A DNA stretch of 64,000 nt from Faecousia sp. (GTDB lineage: Bacteria > Bacillota > Clostridia > Oscillospirales > Oscillospiraceae), in assembly GCA_045595225.1 (NCBI GenBank), contig JAZOAD010000045.1, positions 1,733 to 65,732 of the forward strand. The letters run 5' to 3'. Numbering within the stretch: the first letter of the stretch is position 1; each line of letters begins with the position of its first letter. This document shows, piece after piece, positions 38,464 through 47,508 of this stretch. Below the pieces are notes generated by a model. It saw only the letters and a program-made list of their open reading frames with translations, was not told the DNA's origin and did no database searches. A program made the translations under genes and the position numbers.

Positions 38464-39507
38464 TTAGAACTGATTCAGGAAACGCACATCATTGTCGAAA
38501 ATGAGGCGCAGATCATTGATCTTCAGCCGGCCCATGGCAGTACGCTCCAGCCCGATGCCAAAGGCGAAGCCGGAGTACTTTTCCGGGTCAATGCCGCAGT
38601 TTTCCAAAACCTTGGGATGCACCATGCCGGCGCCCAGCAGCTCGATCCAGCCTTCGCCATGGCAGGTGGAGCAAACTACACCGTCAATTTCGCCGCTGCC
38701 GCCGCATTTGTGGCACTGCATGTCCATTTCGCAGGAAGGCTCGGTGAAGGGGAAGTGGTGGGGACGGAAACGGACCTGGGCATCATGGCCGTAGATCTTG
38801 TTCATAATGGTGATCAGCGCGCCCTTCAGGTCGCCCATGGTGATGTTTTCCGCAACCACCAGACCTTCGATCTGGTGGAACATGGGGGAGTGGGTGGCGT
38901 CGGCTTCGTCCTTACGGAATACGCGGCCGGGAGCCAACATACACAGCGGGGGCTGATGGTTTTCCATAAAGCGGATCTGCATGGAGCTGGTTTGGGTACG
39001 CAGCAGCAGGGAATCTTCCTCGTTGAAGTAGAAGGTGTCGCTGCGGTCGCGGGAAGGATGGCCTTCCTCGATGTTCAGACGGGTGAAGTTATAGTCGGCA
39101 TACTCCACTTCAGGGCCGTCCACTACGGTGTAACCCATGCCAACGAAGATGTCCTTGATCTCCTGCAGCACCATGTTCATGGGATGCTGATGGCCCATCT
39201 TGACTTCTTCGCCGGGAATGGTTACGTCAATGGCTTCGGCAGCCAGCTTGGCTTCCAGAACCTTGGCGCCGATGGAAGCTTTGGCTTCTTCCAGCTTTTC
39301 TTCGATCTCAGCCCGGACAGCATTGGCCAAAGCGCCCATGACAGGCCGCTCCTCGGGGGTCAGCTTGCCCATCATCTTCAAAACGGCGGTCAGTTCGCCC
39401 TTCTTGCCCAGGTACTTGACACGCAGTTCCTCCAAAGCGGCAGGGGAGTCGGCAGCATTGAGCGCTGCCAGAGCATTTTGTTTGATCAGCTCTAGTTGTT
39501 CTTTCAT
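38464..39507 (-). CDS. pheS: Phenylalanyl-tRNA synthetase alpha subunit
   Basis: LLRTQTS, PGRVFR, FHQIEG, FPFTEPS, GFAFGIGLER. Confidence 0.96.
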   Translation of the reverse strand: MKEQLELIKQNALAALNAADSPAALEELRVKYLGKKGELTAVLKMMGKLTPEERPVMGALANAVRAEIEEKLEEAKASIGAKVLEAKLAAEAIDVTIPGEEVKMGHQHPMNMVLQEIKDIFVGMGYTVVDGPEVEYADYNFTRLNIEEGHPSRDRSDTFYFNEEDSLLLRTQTSSMQIRFMENHQPPLCMLAPGRVFRKDEADATHSPMFHQIEGLVVAENITMGDLKGALITIMNKIYGHDAQVRFRPHHFPFTEPSCEMDMQCHKCGGSGEIDGVVCSTCHGEGWIELLGAGMVHPKVLENCGIDPEKYSGFAFGIGLERTAMGRLKINDLRLIFDNDVRFLNQF

Positions 39508-39539
39508 TATTTGTTCCTCCTAAAAAGGCAATTTACAAA

Positions 39540-39795
39540 AAAATAAACCTTCCATCCCTATACTTGGGACGAAAGGTATTCCTTCCGCGGTACCACCCAC
39601 GATTCGCCAAATCTTGGCGCGCTTAAAAGCGCAATCACGCTCGCAACCTGTAACGGAGTTACCCGTCCGCACCTACTCATTTTTCAGGCGGCAGCTCCCG
39701 GGAGAAGGCCCGTATATCCCATCCAAGCGGCTTTCACCATCCCGCTCTCGCTAAGGGAATGCACATGATATCGGACAGCCCGTTCTTCGCTTTTG
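39540..39795 (-). ncRNA. T-box riboswitch (Phe) leader of pheST
   Basis: Minus strand GGGTGGTACCGCGG T-box (39598-39585), followed by a terminator hairpin; stem I AGCGAG and GGTGA motifs; candidate TTC specifier at 39706-39704. Confidence 0.85.
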
Positions 39796-39807
39796 CATAT
39801 CAAACGC

Positions 39808-39836
39808 ATCATACCACCGCTGAAGAAAAAATGCAA
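39808..39836 (-). promoter_or_regulatory. Sigma-A promoter of T-box-pheST
   Basis: TTGCAT-17-TATGAT on the minus strand. Confidence 0.6.
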
Positions 39837-39937
39837 GTAAAATTTTCCGTTTACCAATAAAAAGGTGCCATCCCACGCAGAGATGACACCTTTTGGAGCG
39901 TTAAGCTATACGATCACGGCAGATCGTCCTGCTCATA

Positions 39938-40405
39938 TTAACCAAGCGTTCCTATAAAAGTATTTACAATATCTTCTGAGATATAATACGACCCATCATA
40001 TTTCATGACTACATTATGGTTTGGTAAGATGTAAAAGGAAGTTTCCTTGTCCCCATAATCCAAGAATAAAAGACCACAATCCGTACTATTGCAGAGTGTA
40101 TCGAAATCACTCTTGGTAATCAGCGCATACCCCTGATTCAGACTGGTGATCAGTATATTCAATTCCTTTGATTCATTATAATGAACCATCGTGGAATCGA
40201 AAGTCCTGCGGAGAATAGAAGCCGATTGGATATCCGATATATTGATACCCTGCATGGAAAGCAACTGCTCCAGGGTGTAGGGATTCGCATTGTTCGCTGT
40301 TTCCGACGGTTCTGCTTGCTGCTGCGGTGTGCAGCCGGAAATAACAAGGGTCAAGAGCATCACTCCCAGCAGCAGAAAGGCATTTATCCGTTTGCTTTTC
40401 CTCAT
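39938..40405 (-). CDS. Hypothetical lipoprotein
   Basis: Lipobox ISG-C; AAGGAGG RBS; terminator hairpin at about 39860-39894. Confidence 0.65.
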   Translation of the reverse strand: MRKSKRINAFLLLGVMLLTLVISGCTPQQQAEPSETANNANPYTLEQLLSMQGINISDIQSASILRRTFDSTMVHYNESKELNILITSLNQGYALITKSDFDTLCNSTDCGLLFLDYGDKETSFYILPNHNVVMKYDGSYYISEDIVNTFIGTLG

Positions 40406-40583
40406 GTTGTTGAAACCTCCTTGTTAATAACATTCTTCGACCACTTCTTCATAACGGCATATTTTGCAAAAAAAAGACACAAAAGATGTTCAAGAAATTG
40501 CCTTACTATTACAATATAATTATAAAAAATATACATAAATTACAAGAAAAAATCACCACGCAGAAAAACTGCGTGGTGAGAAA

Positions 40584-41096
40584 TCATCCAACACGGGAAA
40601 CATGGTACCAATCTCCTTCAATGTGCCTGACCTTGATGGGGAAGCCTTCATTTGTTTCATGAAGATAAGTGGGTTCGCCATCAGGGGAATAGACCAAAGC
40701 GTAGGCGCCGTTTTCAATGTCAAACTGAATGCGGCTGCCGTGGAAGGTGATCATACAGAGCTTGGCATCCTCGCTTGCAAAGCACACTTCGTCAAGCATG
40801 CGCAAAATTCGGCCGATCTCGTCGGGGAGATTTAAAAAGCCCTTGTTGGGATCCAGAAGCATTTTGCCGCCGGCAACCCGGAGATAAACGGGCTGTTTCT
40901 TTTCGTTAGGATATTGGTGCTGTAAAAATTCAATTATCATATCCAGCTCTTCGCTACAGGTATCATAGTCTGCGTACAGGGAACGCATCTTTAAATCTTT
41001 CGCGATGTGAATGCCCCCAAATGTGCCGGCAGAAATGAGTACGGCGGCAATCAGAGCAAAGAGAATTATTTTTTTGGTTTTCTTGGACAGCTTCAT
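40584..41096 (-). CDS. Hypothetical protein with an N-terminal membrane anchor
   Basis: Basic N-terminus plus hydrophobic helix; hairpin TCACCACGCAG/CTGCGTGGTGA downstream. Confidence 0.65.
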   Translation of the reverse strand: MKLSKKTKKIILFALIAAVLISAGTFGGIHIAKDLKMRSLYADYDTCSEELDMIIEFLQHQYPNEKKQPVYLRVAGGKMLLDPNKGFLNLPDEIGRILRMLDEVCFASEDAKLCMITFHGSRIQFDIENGAYALVYSPDGEPTYLHETNEGFPIKVRHIEGDWYHVSRVG

Positions 41097-41174
41097 AGCA
41101 ACAGCCCCTTTCGGGAATCATTATACTGAAATTCATAAAAATGTCAATCAGAATTCCAAAGGTTTGGTTTGTGC

Positions 41175-41203
41175 TTGACGAACGAATGATCGTATGATAA
41201 AAT
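41175..41203 (+). promoter_or_regulatory. Sigma-A promoter of rarA
   Basis: TTGACG-17-TAAAAT with an extended -10 TG. Confidence 0.6.
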
Positions 41204-41229
41204 AATCAAAAAGAGAGGGAGGTGGCCAG

Positions 41230-42492
41230 ATGTATCAGCCATTGGCAGATTTGCTGCGGCCGGAAACTTTGGATGAAGTTTACGGTCAGGAGCATATTTT
41301 GGGTCAGGGCGCAATCTTACGGCGGATGATCGAAAAGGGGAATGTGCCCAATATGATCTTTTACGGTCCCAGCGGTACCGGAAAAACCACCGTTGCCAAT
41401 ATTATCGCCAAACAGACCAACCGGACCTTATTCAAGCTTAATGCTACCACAGCGTCTACGGCGGATATTAAGGAAATTGTTTCTCAACTGGATACCTTTA
41501 TGGCGCCCAACGGCGTGCTGCTGTATTTGGATGAGATCCAGTCCTTTAATAAAAAACAGCAGCAATCGTTACTGGAGCATATCGAAAACGGCAAGATCAC
41601 TTTGATCGCGTCCACCACGGAAAACCCCTATTTTTATGTTTTCAACGCCATTCTTAGCCGTTCTACCATCTTTGAATTCAAGCAGCTGGACGAGTCTGCG
41701 GCCCGGAAAGCCATTGACCGCGCCATCGGCTATATGGAAGAACGGACAGACTTAAAAGCTCAATGCGAGGACGGGGCGCTGGAGCATATTGCCTCTGCCT
41801 GCGGCGGCGATGTGCGAAAGGCTATGAATGCCATCGAGGTGCTGTTTTCCGCCGGTGTGCCTGAGAACGGAAAGATCGCGCTGACCTTGGCAGATGCCAA
41901 GCTTGTGACCCAGCGCTCCGCTATGCGCTATGACCGTGGCGGCGATAATCAGTATGATTCTCTGTCGGCGCTGATGAAATCCATTCGTGGCTCTGACCCG
42001 GACGCTGCGGTGTATTATCTGGCCCGTTTTTTGGAGGCAGGCGATCTGCCTTCCTGCTGCCGCAGAATTTTATGCTCTGCCTGTGAGGATATTGGCCTTG
42101 CCTATCCCATGGCCATTCCCATCGTAAAGGCTTGCGTGGACAGCGCCCTCCAGCTGGGTATGCCGGAGGCAAGATTGCCCCTTTCCGACGCGGTGATCCT
42201 TCTGGCCACTTGTCCGAAATCCAATTCCGCTTACATGGCCTTTGCCGCGGCTGCTGAGGATGTGCGCAACGGCAAGGTCGGTGATTTCCCCCGACATTTG
42301 CAAAATAAGCACGCAGACAGCTTCGGCATGGAACGGGAACAGGGCTATCTGTATCCCCATGATTATCCCAATCATTGGGTGTGGCAGCAGTACCTGCCGG
42401 ATGAACTGGCGGGAACAAAGTATTACGAGTACGGTCCCAACAAGGTGGAGCAGGCGGCGAAGCAGTATTGGGAGGCTGTGAAGGGAAAATAG
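41230..42492 (+). CDS. rarA: Replication-associated recombination protein A (MgsA/RarA)
   Basis: PLAD.LRP, GPSGTGKTT, LDEI, TTENPYF, KSIRGSDPDAA, YLYPHDY. Confidence 0.93.
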   Translation: MYQPLADLLRPETLDEVYGQEHILGQGAILRRMIEKGNVPNMIFYGPSGTGKTTVANIIAKQTNRTLFKLNATTASTADIKEIVSQLDTFMAPNGVLLYLDEIQSFNKKQQQSLLEHIENGKITLIASTTENPYFYVFNAILSRSTIFEFKQLDESAARKAIDRAIGYMEERTDLKAQCEDGALEHIASACGGDVRKAMNAIEVLFSAGVPENGKIALTLADAKLVTQRSAMRYDRGGDNQYDSLSALMKSIRGSDPDAAVYYLARFLEAGDLPSCCRRILCSACEDIGLAYPMAIPIVKACVDSALQLGMPEARLPLSDAVILLATCPKSNSAYMAFAAAAEDVRNGKVGDFPRHLQNKHADSFGMEREQGYLYPHDYPNHWVWQQYLPDELAGTKYYEYGPNKVEQAAKQYWEAVKGK

Positions 42493-42493
42493 T

Positions 42494-42688
42494 ATGGATA
42501 TTCGTTTGAATGATATTCTGGTTATGAAAAAGCCCCATCCCTGCGGCGGAGCCCGGTGGAAGGTCCTTCGCACCGGCGCGGATTTTCGATTGAAATGCAT
42601 GACCTGTGGGCATGAGCTGATGATCCCCCGGTTCAAAGCGGAAAAAAATATCCGCTCTGTGGAGCGGGAAGAAAACTCTTCGACTTAA
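42494..42688 (+). CDS. DUF951 family protein
   Basis: MKKPHPCG...W.VLRTGADFRLKC..CGH. Confidence 0.88.
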   Translation: MDIRLNDILVMKKPHPCGGARWKVLRTGADFRLKCMTCGHELMIPRFKAEKNIRSVEREENSST

Positions 42689-42858
42689 TTTCACGGCAGC
42701 TGAGCGTATCAGCTGCCGTTTTTTCGTGGCATAAAGCAATGGTTGGGGGAATGGGGCAAGCCGTGACGGAATTGGGAGGGAGCCGGAGTGCCCGTTGCGA
42801 CTTACTTTTTATCCGCAAGCCGTTATAGTGTTCCCGAAGACAGTTCGGGGGTGACGGC

Positions 42859-43611
42859 ATGGCGCAATACAAATTTCTGGTATTGTTTGTTGGATTTATG
42901 GTGAATTTTCTTCTCATTTTAGGGGTTAATCGGTTAACTGGGGTGTTCCGTGGGGGAATTCGATGCCTTCTTGCTGCCTTGCTTGGCGGATTACACACCT
43001 TTGCGTCTTGTTCAGCCCGGTTCCATTTTCTGTCGGATATAGAGTGGAGATGGATCGTACTGCTGTTAACGGCGGCCATCGCGTTTGGCTTTGAGGGAAG
43101 AAGCTTTCTTTGCTGGGTATTGTTTGCGCTGCTGCGGTTTTCTATGGAGTCGCTCGCCAAAAGCGGAATATGGCCGGCGCTTCTTTTTGGAGCGGTGATT
43201 ATGCTTCTGTGGGGCATGGGAAAACCCGGTAACGGTAACTTCGCAACAGTTTCCATTTTGTTAGGCGGCAAAAAGATGGAATTAACAGCGCTACTGGATA
43301 CAGGAAATACTTTGAAAGATCCCATTACCGGACTCGGTGTGATCGTAGTGGATTGTGAGGTTGCCCGGGAAATACTTGGGCTGGACCGGGAGTCGCTGCT
43401 GCGGCCTGTGGAAACGTTTCAACAGCGGCAACTGTCCGGACTTCGATTGATCCCCTATTCTTCTGTTGGACAACCTTCCGGGATGCTGTTGGGAATGCGG
43501 GTTGACCGGCTGGAGATCAATGGGAAAAAAGTGGAAAAAATCGTGGCCTTCGCGCCACAAAGAATTGGTCAGGGAAGAGGATTTCAAGCTTTGGCGGGAG
43601 GGAATGTATGA
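42859..43611 (+). CDS. spoIIGA: Sigma-E processing aspartic peptidase
   Basis: Multi-TM N-terminus; LLDTGN.L.DPITG; RLIPY.SVG; overlaps the sigE start. Confidence 0.85.
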   Translation: MAQYKFLVLFVGFMVNFLLILGVNRLTGVFRGGIRCLLAALLGGLHTFASCSARFHFLSDIEWRWIVLLLTAAIAFGFEGRSFLCWVLFALLRFSMESLAKSGIWPALLFGAVIMLLWGMGKPGNGNFATVSILLGGKKMELTALLDTGNTLKDPITGLGVIVVDCEVAREILGLDRESLLRPVETFQQRQLSGLRLIPYSSVGQPSGMLLGMRVDRLEINGKKVEKIVAFAPQRIGQGRGFQALAGGNV

Positions 43612-44315
43612 TCAAATTACGGGATATTTTGCGGTGGCTGGCGACAAGACAGGAACAGACAATCTACTATATTGGGGGCGCGGATATTTTGCCTCCGCCC
43701 TTGAAAGGACAGGAGGAAATGGATGCGCTGGAAGCGTTGGAGCAGGGGGATGAACAGGCGAAGCAGCGGCTTATTGAACATAACCTAAGGCTTGTGGTGT
43801 ATATCGCCCGGCGATTTGAGAATACCGGCGTAAATCTGGAGGATTTGATCTCCATTGGTACCATCGGCCTGATCAAAGCCATCGGCACTTATCGCAGAGA
43901 GAAAAATATCAAGCTGGCTACCTACGCATCCCGCTGTATTGAAAATGAGATACTGATGCATATCCGAAAAATTGCCTGCCAAAAAGCGGAGGTTTCCCTG
44001 GATGAGCCCATCAATATGGACTATGATGGGAATGAATTGCTGCTGAGCGATATTTTGGGAACGGAAGAGGATATCGTTATGCGGCCGATGGAGGATGATG
44101 TGGATCTGCAGCTGCTGAGGCAGGCATTGGGGCAACTGTCGGAGCGGGAGCGGGAGATCATCAATATGCGCTACGGTCTGGATGGCTGCCAGGAACTGAC
44201 ACAAAAGGATGTAGCGAGAATAATGGGTATTTCACAGTCCTATATTTCCCGGTTAGAAAAAAGGATCATGGCAAGGCTGAAAAAAGAAATGCTGCGGCAA
44301 ACAAGCTGCGTGTAA
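43608..44315 (+). CDS. sigE: Sporulation sigma factor SigE
   Basis: YYIGG...[47 protein letters not shown]. Confidence 0.93.
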   Translation: MIKLRDILRWLATRQEQTIYYIGGADILPPPLKGQEEMDALEALEQGDEQAKQRLIEHNLRLVVYIARRFENTGVNLEDLISIGTIGLIKAIGTYRREKNIKLATYASRCIENEILMHIRKIACQKAEVSLDEPINMDYDGNELLLSDILGTEEDIVMRPMEDDVDLQLLRQALGQLSEREREIINMRYGLDGCQELTQKDVARIMGISQSYISRLEKRIMARLKKEMLRQTSCV

Positions 44316-44377
44316 TTGCTGCTTGCGTTCTTCGGTTTCCTCTGCTATAATACAGAAAAAAGAGGAGGAATTATACA

Positions 44378-45385
44378 ATGCAGTATAAAGTTTTGGGCAA
44401 AACCGGTTTGAAGGTCTCTGTTTTGGGATTTGGCGGCATTCCCATTCAGCGTATTGACGCGGAGGGCGCGAAGACGCTTATGCGTCAGATGATGGACGCT
44501 GGCGTCAATTTTATTGACAGCGCCCGTGGCTATACCGTCAGCGAGGAGTATTTGGGCTTTGCCCTGGAAGGCATCCGGGAGCATTTTGTGCTGGCTACCA
44601 AGTCCATGGCCCGGGACAAGGAAGGTATGGCCCGGGATATTGATATCAGCTTAAAAAACTTCCGCACGGATTATATTGACCTGTATCAATTCCATAATCC
44701 CAATATGGCTCAGTTGGAGCAGATTCTTGCGCCCGGCGGCGCCATGGAAGCCATGCTGGAAGCCAAGGCGGCAGGTAAAATCGGTCACATTGGTATCACG
44801 CTCCATTCTTTGGATGTATTCAAGAAGGTATTGGAATATGATTGGGTGGAATCTGTCATGTATCCGTACAACATTGTGGAAAATCAAGGCGAGGACACCA
44901 TTGCTAAGTGCGCTGAAAGGAATATTGGTTTCATCGCCATGAAGCCTTTGGCCGGTGGCGCGCTGGAAGATGCCACTTTGGCCATGCGATTCATTTGCGC
45001 CAATCCCAATGTGTCTGTGGTGATTCCCGGCATGGCTGAGGAAAAGGAACTGGCGCAGAATCTGGCGGCTGCCAGCGACACCGCTGGGCTAACGGCGGAG
45101 GAACTGGAAAAGATGGACAAGATTCGACGGGAGTTGGGCGGCAATTTCTGCCGCCGTTGCGGATACTGCGCCCCCTGCAGCGCCGGCATTGGTATTCCTG
45201 CCGCGCTGATCGCCGAAGGGTACAGCCTTCGTTACGGCCTGAAGTCCTATGCTGAGCAGCGTTACGCCGCTTCCGGTAACCCCGCGTCTTCCTGTGTGGA
45301 TTGCGGCCTGTGCGAGGAGCGCTGCCCCTACCATCTACCGATCCGCCAGATGCTCAAGCGTGTACAGGAAACCTTCGGAAAGTAA
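44378..45385 (+). CDS. Aldo/keto reductase with a C-terminal 4Fe-4S domain
   Basis: LGFGG, DSARGY, MKPLAGG, CRRCGYC, CVDCGLCEERCP. Confidence 0.88.
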   Translation: MQYKVLGKTGLKVSVLGFGGIPIQRIDAEGAKTLMRQMMDAGVNFIDSARGYTVSEEYLGFALEGIREHFVLATKSMARDKEGMARDIDISLKNFRTDYIDLYQFHNPNMAQLEQILAPGGAMEAMLEAKAAGKIGHIGITLHSLDVFKKVLEYDWVESVMYPYNIVENQGEDTIAKCAERNIGFIAMKPLAGGALEDATLAMRFICANPNVSVVIPGMAEEKELAQNLAAASDTAGLTAEELEKMDKIRRELGGNFCRRCGYCAPCSAGIGIPAALIAEGYSLRYGLKSYAEQRYAASGNPASSCVDCGLCEERCPYHLPIRQMLKRVQETFGK

Positions 45386-45395
45386 ATGAGATATA

Positions 45396-45421
45396 AAAAG
45401 GACCGCCGTGGCGGTCCTTTT
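45396..45421. terminator. Bidirectional terminator
   Basis: AAAAGGACCGCC/GGCGGTCCTTTT. Confidence 0.75.
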
Positions 45422-45435
45422 AATTATGCTGTAAA

Positions 45436-47082
45436 TTACTTTTCCTCGTTAGCGTAGGGCTCCAGGAAAGCGTGGAAGTGACGCATGGGCAGGGTGCGGC
45501 CCTGAACGATGCGCATGTTGGGGATGGACTCGCGGTCCTCATACAGCGCCTTAACAGCGGCGATGACATAGTCCATATGCTCCTGGTTGAACATGGAACG
45601 GTTGACAGCGAAGCGGACAACGTTGCACAGCTCTTCCTGCTGCTCGGGAGTCTTCAGATCGTACTCCATGGAGTAGTCGCCAAGCTCGGAGGTGCGGATA
45701 CCGTAGCGGCGGATCAGCTCGATGGAGAAGCCCTGGCCTGCGAAGGTATCGTGGCCGCGCTTGTTGTCGAAGAACTCGGTCATGTTGATGTAAACACCGT
45801 GGCCGCCGGCGGGCAGGATGACACCCTTGACACCAGCCTTGTAGAAGCCCTGGGCCAGGTACTCACACTGCTGCACACGGGCTTCCTGGTAGTTGAAGTT
45901 GCACTCTTCGTACAGACCGGCGGTCAGCGCCATGATGTCACGGCCGGACATGCCGCCGTAGGAGTCATTGCCGTAGCAGGAGATCTGCTTGACCTTCAGG
46001 CGAACGCCGATATCAAAGACCAGGTTGCCATTCTCGTCGAAGTCGGAGAACTTTCTCCAGAAACGGCCCTTGTCACGGAAGGCCAGCATACCGCCCATGT
46101 TGGCGTGGCCGTTCTTCTTGGCGGACATGGTGAAGCCATCGCAGTAGGAGAACATCTCGGTAGCGATCTCGGCGATGGATTTGTCGGCATAGCCTTCTTC
46201 GTTGACCTTGATGAAGTAAGCGTTCTCGGCCCAGCGGGCAACGTCGAACATGAAGGGAATGTCGTACTTCTCAGCGATCTTGGCAGTTTCGCGGATGGAC
46301 TTCATGGAAACAGCCTGGCCGCAGACGGTGTTGTTGGTGATGGTGGTGTAGATCAGAGGAACATTCTCGGGGCCGACAGCTTCAATCAGCTCTTCCAGTT
46401 TTTTGACATCCATGTCGCCCTTGAAGGGGTTCTTCTCATACTTGCCGCCCTCGGGAACTTCGTACAGCAGCTCCTTGTTGTAGAGATTTCTGGGAATGGA
46501 GCCCATCTGCTTGATGTTGCCTTCGGTGGTATCGAAGTGACCGTTGGAAGGAATGGTGAAAACCTTGCCGGGATAGCGCTCAGACATGATCTTTTTGACC
46601 ATCTCGAACAGGACGGATTCGGCAGCACGGCCCTGCTGCATGATGAAGGTGTTGGGGCGCTCCAGCTGAGCGGCGCCACCGTTAAACAGACCGCCTTCAT
46701 ACTCGCACAGGTACAGCTCGTCCATCATCTTGTCGATATCGGTGCAGTCGGTGCGGATCAGGTCAATGGATTTCTTCCAGTTCTTTTCGCCGCCGCGCTC
46801 GAAAATGTCACGGAATGCGTCCAGAAGCACATAGTAGCCCTTGTTACGGCCATAGCTCTCGTCGCCCAGGAACATGGTAGCCCACTGCGCGTCGGTCATA
46901 GCGGTGGTGCCGGAGTCGGACAGCATGTCCACGGTCAGCATGCCGGCAGGGAAGGCGAACTCGTTGTAGTGGGTAGCCTTCAGGGCGCGCTCACGCTGCT
47001 CAACAGTCACTTCGGGAACATTGCGGGTCACATAAGTAACAGAGCGGGGAGTTTTTACATTCAGGGGATATTCATTTGCCAT
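45436..47082 (-). CDS. Tryptophanase / tyrosine phenol-lyase family PLP beta-eliminating lyase
   Basis: DMLSDSGT, QGRAAE, HFDTT, MSAKK (PLP lysine), YGGMSGRD, MRHF; strong codon bias. Confidence 0.85.
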   Translation of the reverse strand: MANEYPLNVKTPRSVTYVTRNVPEVTVEQRERALKATHYNEFAFPAGMLTVDMLSDSGTTAMTDAQWATMFLGDESYGRNKGYYVLLDAFRDIFERGGEKNWKKSIDLIRTDCTDIDKMMDELYLCEYEGGLFNGGAAQLERPNTFIMQQGRAAESVLFEMVKKIMSERYPGKVFTIPSNGHFDTTEGNIKQMGSIPRNLYNKELLYEVPEGGKYEKNPFKGDMDVKKLEELIEAVGPENVPLIYTTITNNTVCGQAVSMKSIRETAKIAEKYDIPFMFDVARWAENAYFIKVNEEGYADKSIAEIATEMFSYCDGFTMSAKKNGHANMGGMLAFRDKGRFWRKFSDFDENGNLVFDIGVRLKVKQISCYGNDSYGGMSGRDIMALTAGLYEECNFNYQEARVQQCEYLAQGFYKAGVKGVILPAGGHGVYINMTEFFDNKRGHDTFAGQGFSIELIRRYGIRTSELGDYSMEYDLKTPEQQEELCNVVRFAVNRSMFNQEHMDYVIAAVKALYEDRESIPNMRIVQGRTLPMRHFHAFLEPYANEEK

Positions 47083-47195
47083 AATACTTTTACCTCCATA
47101 TTGTTTCAGAGGATACCCCGGTCATCGGATTGTTTCGACTGGCGGACAGTACCATGATAGTTTTGTTGGGGACATTGCCCAAACTTCCACTATAA

Positions 47196-47224
47196 ATAGT
47201 AACATTCCTGTTGTGGTTTGTCAA
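47196..47224 (-). promoter_or_regulatory. Sigma-A promoter of the lyase gene
   Basis: TTGACA-17-TACTAT on the minus strand. Confidence 0.65.
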
Positions 47225-47321
47225 TATAAATTAGGGATAAAAATTGTGTATCCTCTGTGCAAAAGGCACAATAGATTGTGCATTTTCGATGGTTAAGCCT
47301 TCGGAACGGGTTGAATTATTA

Positions 47322-47350
47322 TTGACTTTTCCAAAATACAGGCGTATACT
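47322..47350 (+). promoter_or_regulatory. Sigma-A promoter of the large protease ORF
   Basis: TTGACT-17-TATACT. Confidence 0.6.
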
Positions 47351-47508
47351 TGAAATGATATGTTGTTACTTGGTAATTACTGTATCGAAGCAAGGCTTTT
47401 TGCCGAACCCTTTTTGCGGAACCGCCGAGAAATTTCTAACGGCAACAGGGAGTAGCCAGTGGTTCTACAAAACGAAAGACACCCCCAAAAAGGAAAGGAT
47501 GAAACAAA

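Noticed and set aside
36093-39495. 803-aa and 365-aa plus-strand ORFs opposite pheT/pheS
   Set aside because: Shadow ORFs of housekeeping genes
42760-42830. Spo0A boxes and a long-spacer promoter upstream of spoIIGA
   Set aside because: Only degenerate matches to TGNCGAA; expected biologically but not supportable from sequence alone
45472-47157. 561-aa plus-strand ORF opposite the lyase
   Set aside because: Shadow ORF caused by codon bias
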